62,186 bases of DNA, from positions 1 to 62,186 of IMG/VR virus record IMGVR_UViG_3300027956_000008. One strand, given 5' to 3'. The notes under the pieces were generated by a model. That model was not told the origin of the DNA, did not search any database, and saw only the letters and a list, made by a program, of their open reading frames with translations. The position numbers and the translations under genes were made by a program. Shown here piece by piece: positions 44,304-53,971 of this stretch. Origin of the DNA: a virus. Its lineage: Duplodnaviria > Caudoviricetes. The first letter of the stretch is position 1; the number at the start of each line of letters is the position of its first letter.

Positions 44304-47279
44304 ATGACACAACGTATTGTTTTGAGTGAACAATCTAAGAAGTATCTCCCTTATGCTGAAGAAAAGCTAAGGGAGTTAATTTTATTACGTAAAAATGGAC
44401 ACCTTCCTTTTCTTCAAAAACCTCTTTTTATCAATGGTATTTATATTCTCTTAACATCTTCTGATACATTAGATCGTATTGTAATGTGGGGTGGTCAAGG
44501 GAATGTAGACCATATACTATTTTTAAGTATATTGAAGAAGCTGACGACTTCCTATAATTATCTGACAAAAAAATTAACGAATGCTTCTGGTGTATCTTTA
44601 GAGACTATAAATGATATTGAACTTAGTGCTTTGTTTAATGGAAGACTTCAGGTAGGAGAAAGAGAAGCTTATGAATTTGGGACTTCTTGGCAAACAAAGG
44701 AATTAGATAAATCTTCCCTTCTTACGTTACTTGCCAATATTGATAATTTTGAAATGTCTTTATTTATTGATCCTGCTTTATCTGTAAATATCTATGCTAG
44801 AATTAAAGATTCTTTTGGGCCATACCTAACCTTCCCTCGTACCCTTTTATCTTTTAAAACCTACATTGGTTCTTTGCTTGGATTGACAGGAATACCATCT
44901 TCTTTGTCTACTAGTTGGAATCTTTATAATCCTCTTAATGTTTATACGTTAACTCCTAATTCAAGAGCTTTAAATCCTTATTGGGCTTGGATACCTAGTT
45001 TTTATGTTGTCTTTCCTGCTGATACTTCTGGTGATCCTGTTGGGTTTCATTATGGAAAGTATAAAGGTGTTAATGAATATGGGACTCTTGAGTTTCTTCC
45101 TTTGTCTACAGCTCATGTTAGGTTTAGTGGATTAGTTGAGCAGCGTTTTACAAGTTCCGAAACAAGTCTATATGCTCAAGGATGGGCAGAGACAGTTTTA
45201 AATATCAATGGAGAAGGAAAGAACGATCTTTATTTTTATTTTGTTAAAGACCTTCCTCTTATTGGTAATGAAACACAAACATATCTAAGGACTATGGGTA
45301 TTCCTTTATTGGATGTTTATGTCAGTATGGGAGCAGACTTAAAAGGATTTGATAAGGCTTTTGTTTTAAAAGACTTAGATATGATTGATCCTGAAATAGA
45401 TATGTGGAGTTTTTCTTGTTGGTATAATGATAATACTACTGAGCTTGTTAGTAATAATGCAGTCGGGATTGTTCTTTCTAAAGGTAGTATTGTTAGGGTT
45501 TATAAGTATCATGATTATTATTCTTTGATCTTTGAAACAACTCAGTATCACTCTCATGCTGTTAGCAGTAATGGGCAATTATTAGCAGTCTTTGAAGGGG
45601 TAGATATTATTACTAGGTCTACCATTATTGATTTATATGGATACAAAGAGAATATAAAGAAAGATGTTTATATTAGCGGAGGGGTTACTACTCTTGATGT
45701 AAATGAAACTATTGGTTCTTTAAGTGCCTTGACTGCTGATTTTATCCCTTTAAGAGAAAACAAGTTTGTTCCTAATGTTCTTCCTTTTGATTTAAATACG
45801 AGTTCTTTTGAAACCCCTATTGATACAGAGATTACTGATTTATCTTCTATGTCTTTTGTTAACTTTAAGATAAGAGGAGATGAATCCCCTACTATCCAAA
45901 AAGTTATGTGTACTGATGGACTAAACGCTTTCTTTAGTATATCAGTTGATGATTGTTTTCAAAGCAGGTTTGTCTTAGAAGATACAACACCAGAGAACAG
46001 TCTTCACTTAGTAGGTTCTTGGGATGCAGGGGGAGTGAATAGGGCGAGGGTTAGAGGGAGTTTTATAGGGTCTATTGGAAGTACGTACTTTCAAGGTGAA
46101 GGAGTAGCAGGGCCATTAGGTGTGGCGACATTAGCTGATATGGGTTTATATGTTTACGAGAATGGTGATGTTGAAGCAGCGCATGTTTTAGGGGATGCTA
46201 TTATTGGTAATTGTATTGTAGAAAAAGAAGATGGAGGATGGGAGGTAGACCCTAGTTGTGCTGATGGTTGTGGTGGGGCTTATACTTTATCTGCTTCTTC
46301 TACTTGTGGACAGACAGTTACCTTTGATAGTCCTGAAGTAGAAATATCTCCTTTAGCAATCAACCCTAAAGAAATTTATGAAGGGTTTGCAGAAGGTAAT
46401 ATTTATTATGTAGCAGGCGGGGGTACAAGTCGTACGTTAAGTAGTACGTGCGATGCTATCTCTTTAACAGATACGTCGAGTGAAGCAGGTATAACCGAAT
46501 ATACTATTACCTCTATTGATCTTTGTTCTTTAACTCCTGAATCAGAGAATACTTGTTATTTAATAGCAACTGATAATTGTGGAAGTACACAAGCTTCTTT
46601 AGAGGGTACGGTGTACGGGCTAGATGTTTTAACTTTATCAGGAACTGAAGCTCCTTCTGTTGGGTCATTTTATTCTGCTTCAGGTGGTTTAGAACCTTAT
46701 ATGTACTCAATTAGTCAAGGTGCTATTGATAGCGAAACCGGAGAAGTTACAGATTTAACTGGTGCTTGTGGAATGGGGATAGTAACGGTAACTGATTCTT
46801 GTAATGAATCTGTATCTATAGACGTAAGAATGCCAACTGGTAAATGGATCATTGTTTCTATTAATAGATTTTCAGATTTGTCAGGGCTTGCGACCGGAAT
46901 TAGTGGTTTTACACTACCAACTTGTTGTGTGAGTAATCTTTTAAGTGGCTGCATTACTAATGCAGAAGATGTTTGTCCATCTGCTACAGTCAATACGACG
47001 ACCCAAACTGTTGGACAATATAGATATAAAGTCAACAATCTTGATACGCCGGTAGAAAGTACAGTTAATCCATTTACAGTGGGTGGACAAATTTCATATG
47101 ATAATGGTGTTGGTTGCCCTGCTGGATATACTCAATACTGGTCAAGAACGGCTAGATGCGTACCTCTTTATCCTCCTCAATGGGTAGAATGTAAGGTAGA
47201 AAAAACTTGTTCAGGTACTTATAGGTCATATGAAGTTCAACCTGCATCTATCACTAAATACCAATGGTATTGTTGTTAA
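44304..47279 (+). CDS. 991-aa tail-associated protein with Ig-like repeats and a Cys-rich C-terminus
   Basis: ASSTCG / ATDNCG / VTDSC repeats and SGG..PY.YSIS; many Cys in the last third. Confidence 0.65.
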   Translation: MTQRIVLSEQSKKYLPYAEEKLRELILLRKNGHLPFLQKPLFINGIYILLTSSDTLDRIVMWGGQGNVDHILFLSILKKLTTSYNYLTKKLTNASGVSLETINDIELSALFNGRLQVGEREAYEFGTSWQTKELDKSSLLTLLANIDNFEMSLFIDPALSVNIYARIKDSFGPYLTFPRTLLSFKTYIGSLLGLTGIPSSLSTSWNLYNPLNVYTLTPNSRALNPYWAWIPSFYVVFPADTSGDPVGFHYGKYKGVNEYGTLEFLPLSTAHVRFSGLVEQRFTSSETSLYAQGWAETVLNINGEGKNDLYFYFVKDLPLIGNETQTYLRTMGIPLLDVYVSMGADLKGFDKAFVLKDLDMIDPEIDMWSFSCWYNDNTTELVSNNAVGIVLSKGSIVRVYKYHDYYSLIFETTQYHSHAVSSNGQLLAVFEGVDIITRSTIIDLYGYKENIKKDVYISGGVTTLDVNETIGSLSALTADFIPLRENKFVPNVLPFDLNTSSFETPIDTEITDLSSMSFVNFKIRGDESPTIQKVMCTDGLNAFFSISVDDCFQSRFVLEDTTPENSLHLVGSWDAGGVNRARVRGSFIGSIGSTYFQGEGVAGPLGVATLADMGLYVYENGDVEAAHVLGDAIIGNCIVEKEDGGWEVDPSCADGCGGAYTLSASSTCGQTVTFDSPEVEISPLAINPKEIYEGFAEGNIYYVAGGGTSRTLSSTCDAISLTDTSSEAGITEYTITSIDLCSLTPESENTCYLIATDNCGSTQASLEGTVYGLDVLTLSGTEAPSVGSFYSASGGLEPYMYSISQGAIDSETGEVTDLTGACGMGIVTVTDSCNESVSIDVRMPTGKWIIVSINRFSDLSGLATGISGFTLPTCCVSNLLSGCITNAEDVCPSATVNTTTQTVGQYRYKVNNLDTPVESTVNPFTVGGQISYDNGVGCPAGYTQYWSRTARCVPLYPPQWVECKVEKTCSGTYRSYEVQPASITKYQWYCC

Positions 47280-47297
47280 CCGTTTTGGAGAACTGTT

Positions 47298-47600
47298 ATG
47301 GAAGACGATATTTTTGATAGAGGAGAAGGCGATATTGTAACGGTTCGAGCTAATGAACCAAGACAAGAACAACAAGTTATTCAATCTTTCCCTCCTTTAT
47401 TTGACCAAGCTAAAGATTTAGTTTTAACTATTAATGCGTGGAGAAAAGCTGGTCTTCCTATATCAGAAGAAAGAGAAGCTAGGTGGATTATCTGTCAGCA
47501 GTGCGAACAATTTATTGATGGACGGTGCAAAGCTTGTGGTTGTTATATGAGAACTAAAACTTATATTGAGACTATTAAATGTAAACTAGGGAAATGGTAA
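47298..47600 (+). CDS. Cys-rich protein (DUF6171-like)
   Basis: RWIICQQC...RCKACGCYM..K......CKLGKW. Confidence 0.65.
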   Translation: MEDDIFDRGEGDIVTVRANEPRQEQQVIQSFPPLFDQAKDLVLTINAWRKAGLPISEEREARWIICQQCEQFIDGRCKACGCYMRTKTYIETIKCKLGKW

Positions 47601-47634
47601 ACTGAAATGGACTTTGCTAGAAGGGAATGCTCAT

Positions 47635-47826
47635 ATGGACTTCGCTGATTATGTCAATGAAACAATGGAGCAGTTTGATAAACAGATACATTCTTACAGG
47701 TTTGAAATGAAACCTTTTATAGCAGGAGAGTGTAGAGAGTGTGGGGAGTTCACTAAGAGGTTGATAGGAGTTCTTTGTGTTCAATGTCTTGATGATTTAA
47801 GGAGAGAGCGTAAATGGAAGCGGTAG
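47635..47826 (+). CDS. TraR/DksA C4 zinc-finger protein
   Basis: MDFAD N-terminus and ECRECGE...LCVQC. Confidence 0.6.
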   Translation: MDFADYVNETMEQFDKQIHSYRFEMKPFIAGECRECGEFTKRLIGVLCVQCLDDLRRERKWKR

Positions 47827-48236
47827 CCTTAAGAAGACTTTGGACTTGTGATGAAGGTACTGGTGGAATTCTTATTATAGGAGACTCAGTATTTTGTAAT
47901 ACTTTTGAATTACCTTTGAGAGATAACAGACCTCAAATATCTTGTGTCCTTTGTGGTGAATATTTAGTTCAGTATGATCCTTCTCCTCGATTTGGTTGGG
48001 CTTATGAATTAAGGGAAGTTCCTAACCGTAGTACAATCTTAATTCACTCAGGGAACTTAGCAGGAGATGTAGCTAAGGGCTATAAGACTCATGTTCAAGG
48101 TTGTATCTTAGTAGGGAGCAAGTTTGGTGTTCTCAATGGACAAAAGGCTATTCTTAATAGCAGACCGACTCTTTCTAAGTTGTTGAATAAATTACAGCGA
48201 GAAGATTTTACACTAATTATAGAAGAGGAGTTTTAA
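47814..48236 (+). CDS. DUF5675-family putative endolysin
   Basis: CNTFELP.RDN...ISCV..GEY...VPNRSTILIHSGN...GCILVG; in the lysis position. Confidence 0.75.
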   Translation: MEAVALRRLWTCDEGTGGILIIGDSVFCNTFELPLRDNRPQISCVLCGEYLVQYDPSPRFGWAYELREVPNRSTILIHSGNLAGDVAKGYKTHVQGCILVGSKFGVLNGQKAILNSRPTLSKLLNKLQREDFTLIIEEEF

Positions 48237-48238
48237 TT

Positions 48239-48790
48239 ATGTTTACCTTAGCCGCAATCAAAGCTGTTCTTGGCCCTGTTGTTGCCTTGTTAGGTGCTGC
48301 TTGGCAAGCTAGAGAAACACGTTTAACTAAAGAAATTGAGTTTAAAGAAAGAGCATTAGAGCGTGACCATGAATTAAAGATAGGTATGCAAGAAGCAGAG
48401 AACGCTATGAAAAAGGTTGTCATAGAATCTGATGCTGCTATTAAGTTGTCAGAGATGGCTGCTTTCAATACAAGTCAAACCTCTATCAAGCCTATGCTTC
48501 AAGAAGGAACCAAGTTGACGGGTTGGCATAAGACTATAGCAGTCTTGTCTGATGTTATGACTTCTTCCATTCGTCCTTTTATGACTGTTTATTATCAACT
48601 CTTTGTTCTAGGTATTTTTATTTGGGTTATTATCCTCCTTAATAAATTAACTATAGATGTTATTGATGCTAACTTTGCTCAAGAGTTAGTGAAAGAGATT
48701 ATTTATTCAGTGCTTATGCTGGCAGAGACTACTTTACTTTGGTTCTTTGGTATTCGTATGTTGTCTGTCAAAGGGAAGAAACACAACTAA
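48239..48790 (+). CDS. Holin-like membrane protein
   Basis: N-terminal TM, SIRPFMT then two TM segments, WFFG.R end. Confidence 0.7.
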   Translation: MFTLAAIKAVLGPVVALLGAAWQARETRLTKEIEFKERALERDHELKIGMQEAENAMKKVVIESDAAIKLSEMAAFNTSQTSIKPMLQEGTKLTGWHKTIAVLSDVMTSSIRPFMTVYYQLFVLGIFIWVIILLNKLTIDVIDANFAQELVKEIIYSVLMLAETTLLWFFGIRMLSVKGKKHN

Positions 48791-48850
48791 GATTGCAATA
48801 TTACTTAGAATAATTTTATAATGGATTATCAAAAGTGCAGGAGTCTTAAT

Positions 48851-49141
48851 ATGTCAGAACCGTGTCAGCAGGTTAGCAGACTAGAAACAGTTGATGAAAA
48901 ACTAGATAAACTGACTGAAATATTAACGACTGTTGCAGTTCAAAAGAATGAGATTGAACATTTAGTATCAGCTTTATCAGATTTAAAGAATTGGTTAAAG
49001 CTATTAGAAGCTAGAATGCAATTACAAGAACAAGCAGGTGGACAATCAGCTAGTAAGTTTCTTTGGATTATCGTAACTGCTTTAGCAGCTAGTTGTATAG
49101 GGGCAGCAGTAACAGCAATATCTTTAGTCGCTAGAGGGTAG
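48851..49141 (+). CDS. Coiled-coil protein with C-terminal TM (XhlA/holin-like)
   Basis: Coiled coil followed by FLWIIVTALAASCIGAAVTAI; GGAG RBS. Confidence 0.6.
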   Translation: MSEPCQQVSRLETVDEKLDKLTEILTTVAVQKNEIEHLVSALSDLKNWLKLLEARMQLQEQAGGQSASKFLWIIVTALAASCIGAAVTAISLVARG

Positions 49142-49180
49142 GGCTGCAATAGTTTTCCTTACAAATTAAAGAAGAAAAAT

Positions 49181-49214
49181 AGCCACCCATAGGAAAGTAT
49201 CCCTAGAGGTGGCT
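49181..49214. terminator. Bidirectional terminator between the two genome arms
   Basis: AGCCACC...GGTGGCT with an A-run on the left and T-rich sequence on the right. Confidence 0.6.
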
Positions 49215-49747
49215 TTATGTTATTTCCTAAGTCAGTCCTTTGTTTTATTCGTAAAATTTACGATCTGTGACGTACTTTCCTCCGACTACTTCTCCCTCCT
49301 CATTGTAAATAGTCACAAAGAAACCTTGCCGAGGAGCTTCTTTGCTCCGCTCATACATTCTTTCTTCTTCAGTCTGTTTGCTTTTCAGGATCATCTTGTT
49401 TTCCTTTCCTAATGTCGTTTGAGGCTTGAAAAACTAATTGCATACAAATATCTTCACTGACACTGAGGGCTGAACGAATACAGCAATAGAGATAGATAAA
49501 AGGAATGCTCAAAATACTAACTGTATTACAAATGATAAAAGTTAAGCAGTAGATTCCTGTCGATACAAAGTGTCTCAAAATTTAGCTCCTAATAGGTAAG
49601 TTGACCAAGCAATCAAAGCAATATAAACCAATAAATCAATTCCTGCGGATACGGGATCGAATGGGTCATTTTTCCCATTATAAAGTTTTCCCGCTTTAGC
49701 AAAGCAACTTAAGGCAAAGATAAAGATCACTGTCCAGATATAAGCTT

Positions 49748-50023
49748 TCAAGATTTAGTTCCTCCATCTACATCATCTTCAATTAATTCATAAATAACTC
49801 TGTACTTCGCTATTTTATATATGTCTTTATCTTGGAACATTCCATGACAATTAGCACTCCTAGCAGAAGAACTACTTTGAAAATCATATTCGTCATGGCA
49901 AGAACGGCTATATGATCCAATATGTTTTTCTGTTTTTCTATCGACAATACGGAAGACTTCAACTGGTTCTATAGAAGATCGGTTTATCATTTTGTCCCCC
50001 TCGTAGCTATTTCTCCTGAACAT
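49748..50023 (-). CDS. Hypothetical protein
   Basis: ORF track; probable start MINRSS. Confidence 0.6.
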   Translation of the reverse strand: MFRRNSYEGDKMINRSSIEPVEVFRIVDRKTEKHIGSYSRSCHDEYDFQSSSSARSANCHGMFQDKDIYKIAKYRVIYELIEDDVDGGTKS

Positions 50024-50523
50024 GCACTATAACCCGCCTTATCTATGTAACTGTCAAGGTGGGATGGATTTGCTATCAAACGAGCAGTCTTCATAAGATC
50101 AAGAAGTAACCCAACATCAGCAGGGTCAAGAGCTATTTGAGATATTCCTCCAATCTTAAATCTACGATTAATGTAAGTTGACCAAAACTCTGCTATACAA
50201 TCAAAGTTATCTTCTGGTTCTCCGTAGGTAGAGTTTCTATCTTTGGATACATATTGAATAGCAGTCTCTAGTATCTCTTGTCTCTTTGTCTTTTGTTCCA
50301 TAAAATCCCCTAGTGTTTGTGATTGGATTGTTACAAAGAAGTTATTTAGTGTTTCCCCATCCGTAGCACTCACGTTTGATGCATAAGTCCTTGGCTCGGC
50401 TAGACCTGAACTCACATAAACCACCTCGTCCTCCGTTGTAGTTGCCACAGTATCCTCTCTCAAGCTCTTGTTCATTTCTCTTAAGTGTTTCACCCAATAA
50501 TCGTTCTGCTCTGGTGTATTCAT
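49987..50523 (-). CDS. DUF6378-family protein
   Basis: DRNSTYGEPEDNFDCIAEFWSTY...MKTAR...HLDSYIDKAGYSAC; alternative start at 50301. Confidence 0.8.
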   Translation of the reverse strand: MNTPEQNDYWVKHLREMNKSLREDTVATTTEDEVVYVSSGLAEPRTYASNVSATDGETLNNFFVTIQSQTLGDFMEQKTKRQEILETAIQYVSKDRNSTYGEPEDNFDCIAEFWSTYINRRFKIGGISQIALDPADVGLLLDLMKTARLIANPSHLDSYIDKAGYSACSGEIATRGTK

Positions 50524-50526
50524 TCA

Positions 50527-50997
50527 CTAACCCTCCTTGAGCCATGATAAAGGAATAGGTGTTTCTAAGCTGAAGATATGATATTGGAAACCATTCTTCT
50601 TGCACCAATCACTATACTTTGGTTTCTTAGCCGTCTCCTCTTTTGGTTTCCTCTTTCCTTCTTTCGTTTTACCTACCTTAGTCAGATAAGAGTCATACTG
50701 AAAAACAAACCTAATATCTTCTTTTGGATTCTGTTCTTTTACTTTTATCATTTTTTTTCTGTCTTCTACTGTGAATCTTCCTTTAGATTCTATAATCAAT
50801 CTTCCCTTTTTTCGTTCAAAGATAAAGTCAGGGGTGTAGATGTTATTCGTTATAGTCTCATTACAGTGAGGGCAAGAGAGTCCGATATAAGCAAGCTTAA
50901 TACTTTCAAAGCCGTACTTGATATTCCGTAAATCTAACCAAGCAGCAATCTTATCCTCTAAGCCGCTTCTATGATCTCCTTTGTATTTAGGTTTCAT
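50527..50997 (-). CDS. T7 endonuclease I-like Holliday junction resolvase
   Basis: RSGLED, YTPDF, IESKGRF...DRKKM, DIRFVF and YSDWCKKNGF motifs. Confidence 0.9.
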   Translation of the reverse strand: MKPKYKGDHRSGLEDKIAAWLDLRNIKYGFESIKLAYIGLSCPHCNETITNNIYTPDFIFERKKGRLIIESKGRFTVEDRKKMIKVKEQNPKEDIRFVFQYDSYLTKVGKTKEGKRKPKEETAKKPKYSDWCKKNGFQYHIFSLETPIPLSWLKEG

Positions 50998-51181
50998 TTC
51001 TTTTCCTTTAAAGTTTGATCCCTTCTGTTACGAAGAACTTTAACGCATTCAAAACAAACACCTAGATTTATTCCAAAGAGAATGAATTCTTTTAAACTAC
51101 TAGCAATAAATAGAAGGTTAGGTTGTTCAACTGAAGTTACTCCACAGTAGATACATTTACATTGTTTCATATGCTTCTCCT

Positions 51182-51403
51182 TTAGTAGTCTGTTCCATCA
51201 TTTTCATTTATTGGATAATAGATATTAACCCAACCTCTTTTAGCAGAGTCGGACATATTCCCTAAAAATCCACCTGTCTTATTCCTTTTTCTTTCTTTTT
51301 CAATGTAAGCTTGATTAATAGCAGCGTAATTATATTGGCAACCTTTACATTCTGGTTTGACATTAGCTCCACATTGTTTACATCTTGTTTTAACAGAAGA
51401 CAC
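51182..51403 (-). CDS. Small zinc-finger protein
   Basis: CKQCG...CKGC. Confidence 0.55.
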   Translation of the reverse strand: MSSVKTRCKQCGANVKPECKGCQYNYAAINQAYIEKERKRNKTGGFLGNMSDSAKRGWVNIYYPINENDGTDY

Positions 51404-51748
51404 TTATAATCTCCATTTACCACTTTTAATGATTTGATACATTAAATGACCTAGCATATCCACAAACTTCTCGTTGTTTCTAAGTTTCTCTTCTCCCATC
51501 ATCCAAAGGATATAATGCCCGCATTCATGGAAAAATGTTTGACGAATTGCTTGAGCAGGGCAAAAATCAGGATCAATAATAATCTTTAAGTTCTTATAGT
51601 CTGCCAACCCTAACATTCCTGTTTCTGCTGTAAAGCCTTCTCTTAGCTCTATCTCAATATCTAATCCACATAGAGAGATAGACATTGGAATACCAAGAGC
51701 ATCATGTTTGTCACTAACTACCAAACGTGTATCAATCCGTCCTGTCAT
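51404..51748 (-). CDS. Small HExxH metallopeptidase-like protein
   Basis: QTFFHECGH...NEKFVD. Confidence 0.7.
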   Translation of the reverse strand: MTGRIDTRLVVSDKHDALGIPMSISLCGLDIEIELREGFTAETGMLGLADYKNLKIIIDPDFCPAQAIRQTFFHECGHYILWMMGEEKLRNNEKFVDMLGHLMYQIIKSGKWRL

Positions 51749-51775
51749 TCAAACCTCTTTCGCTTAGTTGTTAAA

Positions 51776-51835
51776 AGCTCCCCCCGACACTATTATCGTT
51801 TCTGGCTTAGTCTCCACACCACCAGAAGGGGAGCT
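51776..51835 (-). terminator. Branched hairpin followed by a U-run
   Basis: AGCTCCCC/GGGGAGCT closing stem with two internal hairpins, then TTT. Confidence 0.5.
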
Positions 51836-51846
51836 ATCTTGATTAT

Positions 51847-52047
51847 TTATTTAGGCGGTTCTGGCAGAGTCATCCAATAAGTAGGTTCGTAATCAGACCA
51901 ACTATAATCTTCAGCATCATGGATTACTCGCCAATGAGGTTGCCTTGAATCTTCATCAAACTCAATGATTGCAGTGCCATCTGAAGGACTATACCCTAAA
52001 ACTTTGCAATCCTTTGGTGCTGTCTCTATTGGTTTCCACTCACTCAT
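51847..52047 (-). CDS. DUF551-family protein
   Basis: MSEWKPIETAPKD...PTYWMTLPEPP. Confidence 0.85.
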   Translation of the reverse strand: MSEWKPIETAPKDCKVLGYSPSDGTAIIEFDEDSRQPHWRVIHDAEDYSWSDYEPTYWMTLPEPPK

Positions 52048-52999
52048 TTTCTTTCTCCTTCAAATATTGTTTGAACTGCTGGCAATGCAAATTTACGTCG
52101 CACCATTTAAAGCACCGCTTACGTTCTGTCATTCTTTTCTCAATAACATACTTATCAAAGTCCATTTGTTTCTCTTGGAAATAAGCTTCTGCTTCTTCTT
52201 GTGTATCAAAGCATTTAGTAGCTCTATCAGCACCGATCTTGAGAATTGAATAATCCTTAACGTTACGCCAACATTCTTTATCTGAGCAGGGAAAGTATTG
52301 AGCTAAGTTGTGACAAGAAGAACCTTTGGGAGTTAATTCTTCAGCAGCCCTTAAAGCTTCAAGCCTGCTCTTGATATATTCTTCACACTTCTCTTGGCTC
52401 CACACAGGAATAGGAACGACTTGCCATTTACAGTCAGGATAGCCCTTATTGTAAGAGTTAGCTTCTGTCCAATCTCTAAGGTGCATTGTAATGCTGATCT
52501 TATTGACTGGATAACCGTTGATTCTTAGCAGGTAAGTCAATACTGCCATTTGGTTCTCCCAATCAGTGAAGTCCTTCTTCTGCCACTTATAGACCTTAGT
52601 GAACTTCCAATCTTTTATCTCACCGTCTATGTATCTATCCATCTTTCCAGAGATAGTCTTACCTAGCAGGGTTGCATATAATCTTTTCTCTGTTAGGCCA
52701 GCTCCGTTATCACTAGCTTCTTCTATCCGAGAATGACAGACTGCCCCGAAGAACGCCCATGAAAGTCCTGTAATATCCTGTACTTTCAGATTATTTTTGT
52801 GTCTTCGTTTTAGAATTGTTTGTTGTATTGGTGCAATTATGGTGGTGGCTGAGTAATCGCTTGGCTCCTCTCCATCGACACTGTATCTGTCCTTAAGAAT
52901 TGCATCACAAATTTCTTTTGGTAAATTAAAATTGTTGGTGTACTTTCGGCCATTTATTTCTGCATAAATTTTTTGTGGTTTTTCACTACTTATCTTCAT
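52040..52999 (-). CDS. Cas4-like PD-(D/E)XK exonuclease
   Basis: YSATTI, G..CH..IE, ISGKMD...IKDWK, Q...Y and C-terminal RC..WC....C motifs; GGAG RBS before MKISS at 52999. Confidence 0.8.
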   Translation of the reverse strand: MKISSEKPQKIYAEINGRKYTNNFNLPKEICDAILKDRYSVDGEEPSDYSATTIIAPIQQTILKRRHKNNLKVQDITGLSWAFFGAVCHSRIEEASDNGAGLTEKRLYATLLGKTISGKMDRYIDGEIKDWKFTKVYKWQKKDFTDWENQMAVLTYLLRINGYPVNKISITMHLRDWTEANSYNKGYPDCKWQVVPIPVWSQEKCEEYIKSRLEALRAAEELTPKGSSCHNLAQYFPCSDKECWRNVKDYSILKIGADRATKCFDTQEEAEAYFQEKQMDFDKYVIEKRMTERKRCFKWCDVNLHCQQFKQYLKEKENE

Positions 53000-53633
53000 T
53001 ATATTTGTATCTCCATGAACAGTTAGGATATGGTTCGAGAAACTTTCCTCGGCACATACGACCTTTGCACCAACGCAGTATAACTGTATAAGTCTTGTTA
53101 TGAGCCTTTGCAGCATCAAAGCAAGAGTTATAATCAATCCCATCAATTGTCCAAATTATAGATTTTTTCTTGTTTCTACTATTCTCACTTTGTGTAACCC
53201 ATCTACAGTTCTCTTTATAATACCCATCATTATTATTTATCCTGTCAAGCGTCATCCCTTCTGGTTTTACTCCCATGTCTTCAAAGAAATTTGAAAAAAC
53301 TTGCCACCGATCACATACAGTTATTCCGTTTTCTTTATAAGATTTATTTTTTTTGCCATTCCCTTCACAGCGTACTTTTAGATTAACCCAAGCATAGTAG
53401 GTTGGTGTCTTAACCATTCTATGTTTAAAATTAAGTCGAGACACCTCTTGATTTAGGCAACCACATGATTTTGATTTTCCATTTGCGATCCTTGAGCCAA
53501 GGATTATTTTTTCCTTACCACAAGAACAACGACATAACCAGCGAGAAGAGTTATTGACTGAGTTTTCTTCCCGCGATAAAACGGTTAGCCGATTATATGT
53601 TTGTCCTATTTTTAAACCTATGCAAATTCCCAT
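52986..53633 (-). CDS. HNH homing endonuclease
   Basis: WLCRCSCG, SCGC, ITVCDRW..F.NF..DMG and TLDRINN..GY.KENCRW.T. Confidence 0.9.
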   Translation of the reverse strand: MGICIGLKIGQTYNRLTVLSREENSVNNSSRWLCRCSCGKEKIILGSRIANGKSKSCGCLNQEVSRLNFKHRMVKTPTYYAWVNLKVRCEGNGKKNKSYKENGITVCDRWQVFSNFFEDMGVKPEGMTLDRINNNDGYYKENCRWVTQSENSRNKKKSIIWTIDGIDYNSCFDAAKAHNKTYTVILRWCKGRMCRGKFLEPYPNCSWRYKYNEDK

Positions 53634-53639
53634 AAAAAA

Positions 53640-53691
53640 CCTCCACGTAGTATTTTTTATTTAAAGTACCACATGGAGGCTATGAATGCAA
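53640..53691 (-). promoter_or_regulatory. Extended -10 promoter inside an RBS-sequestering hairpin
   Basis: TTGCAT (53691-53686)-17 bp-TACTTT (53668-53663); CCTCCATGTGGTACTTT pairs with AAAATACTACGTGGAGG. Confidence 0.7.
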
Positions 53692-53719
53692 TTATATTTC
53701 TTTTTTCTGTTTAGCAGCC

Positions 53720-53971
53720 TTACTTGATAGTATCACCTCGCACCCCCTTTGCGTCACTTAAAACACTTGTAAACCAATCGTAATAATAGCCATCATTATC
53801 CAATTCTACTAATTCATCCCAAGAAGGAAGTTCCATGTCGTGAGTATTTAAATAGCAAAGCTTTAGCATAATACTTTGAGTTCGTATGTCTTCTTGGTGA
53901 TTCTCAATAATCCCATGCAGCCGGTGAAACTCTTCAGCAACTTCTCTTACCACTTCAATCCTGCTACCCAT
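53720..53971 (-). CDS. Hypothetical protein
   Basis: GGAGG RBS; operon packing. Confidence 0.65.
   Translation of the reverse strand: MGSRIEVVREVAEEFHRLHGIIENHQEDIRTQSIMLKLCYLNTHDMELPSWDELVELDNDGYYYDWFTSVLSDAKGVRGDTIK

Noticed and set aside
51776-51835. tRNA gene
   Set aside because: Branched, but lacks the T-loop GTTC and D-loop consensus and has only two internal arms.
52040-52999. CRISPR adaptation Cas4
   Set aside because: No cas1/cas2 or array; stand-alone Cas4-like exonucleases are common phage recombination genes.
53000-53146. Long N-terminal extension of the exonuclease ORF
   Set aside because: It overlaps the HNH coding region; the RBS supports the start at 52999.
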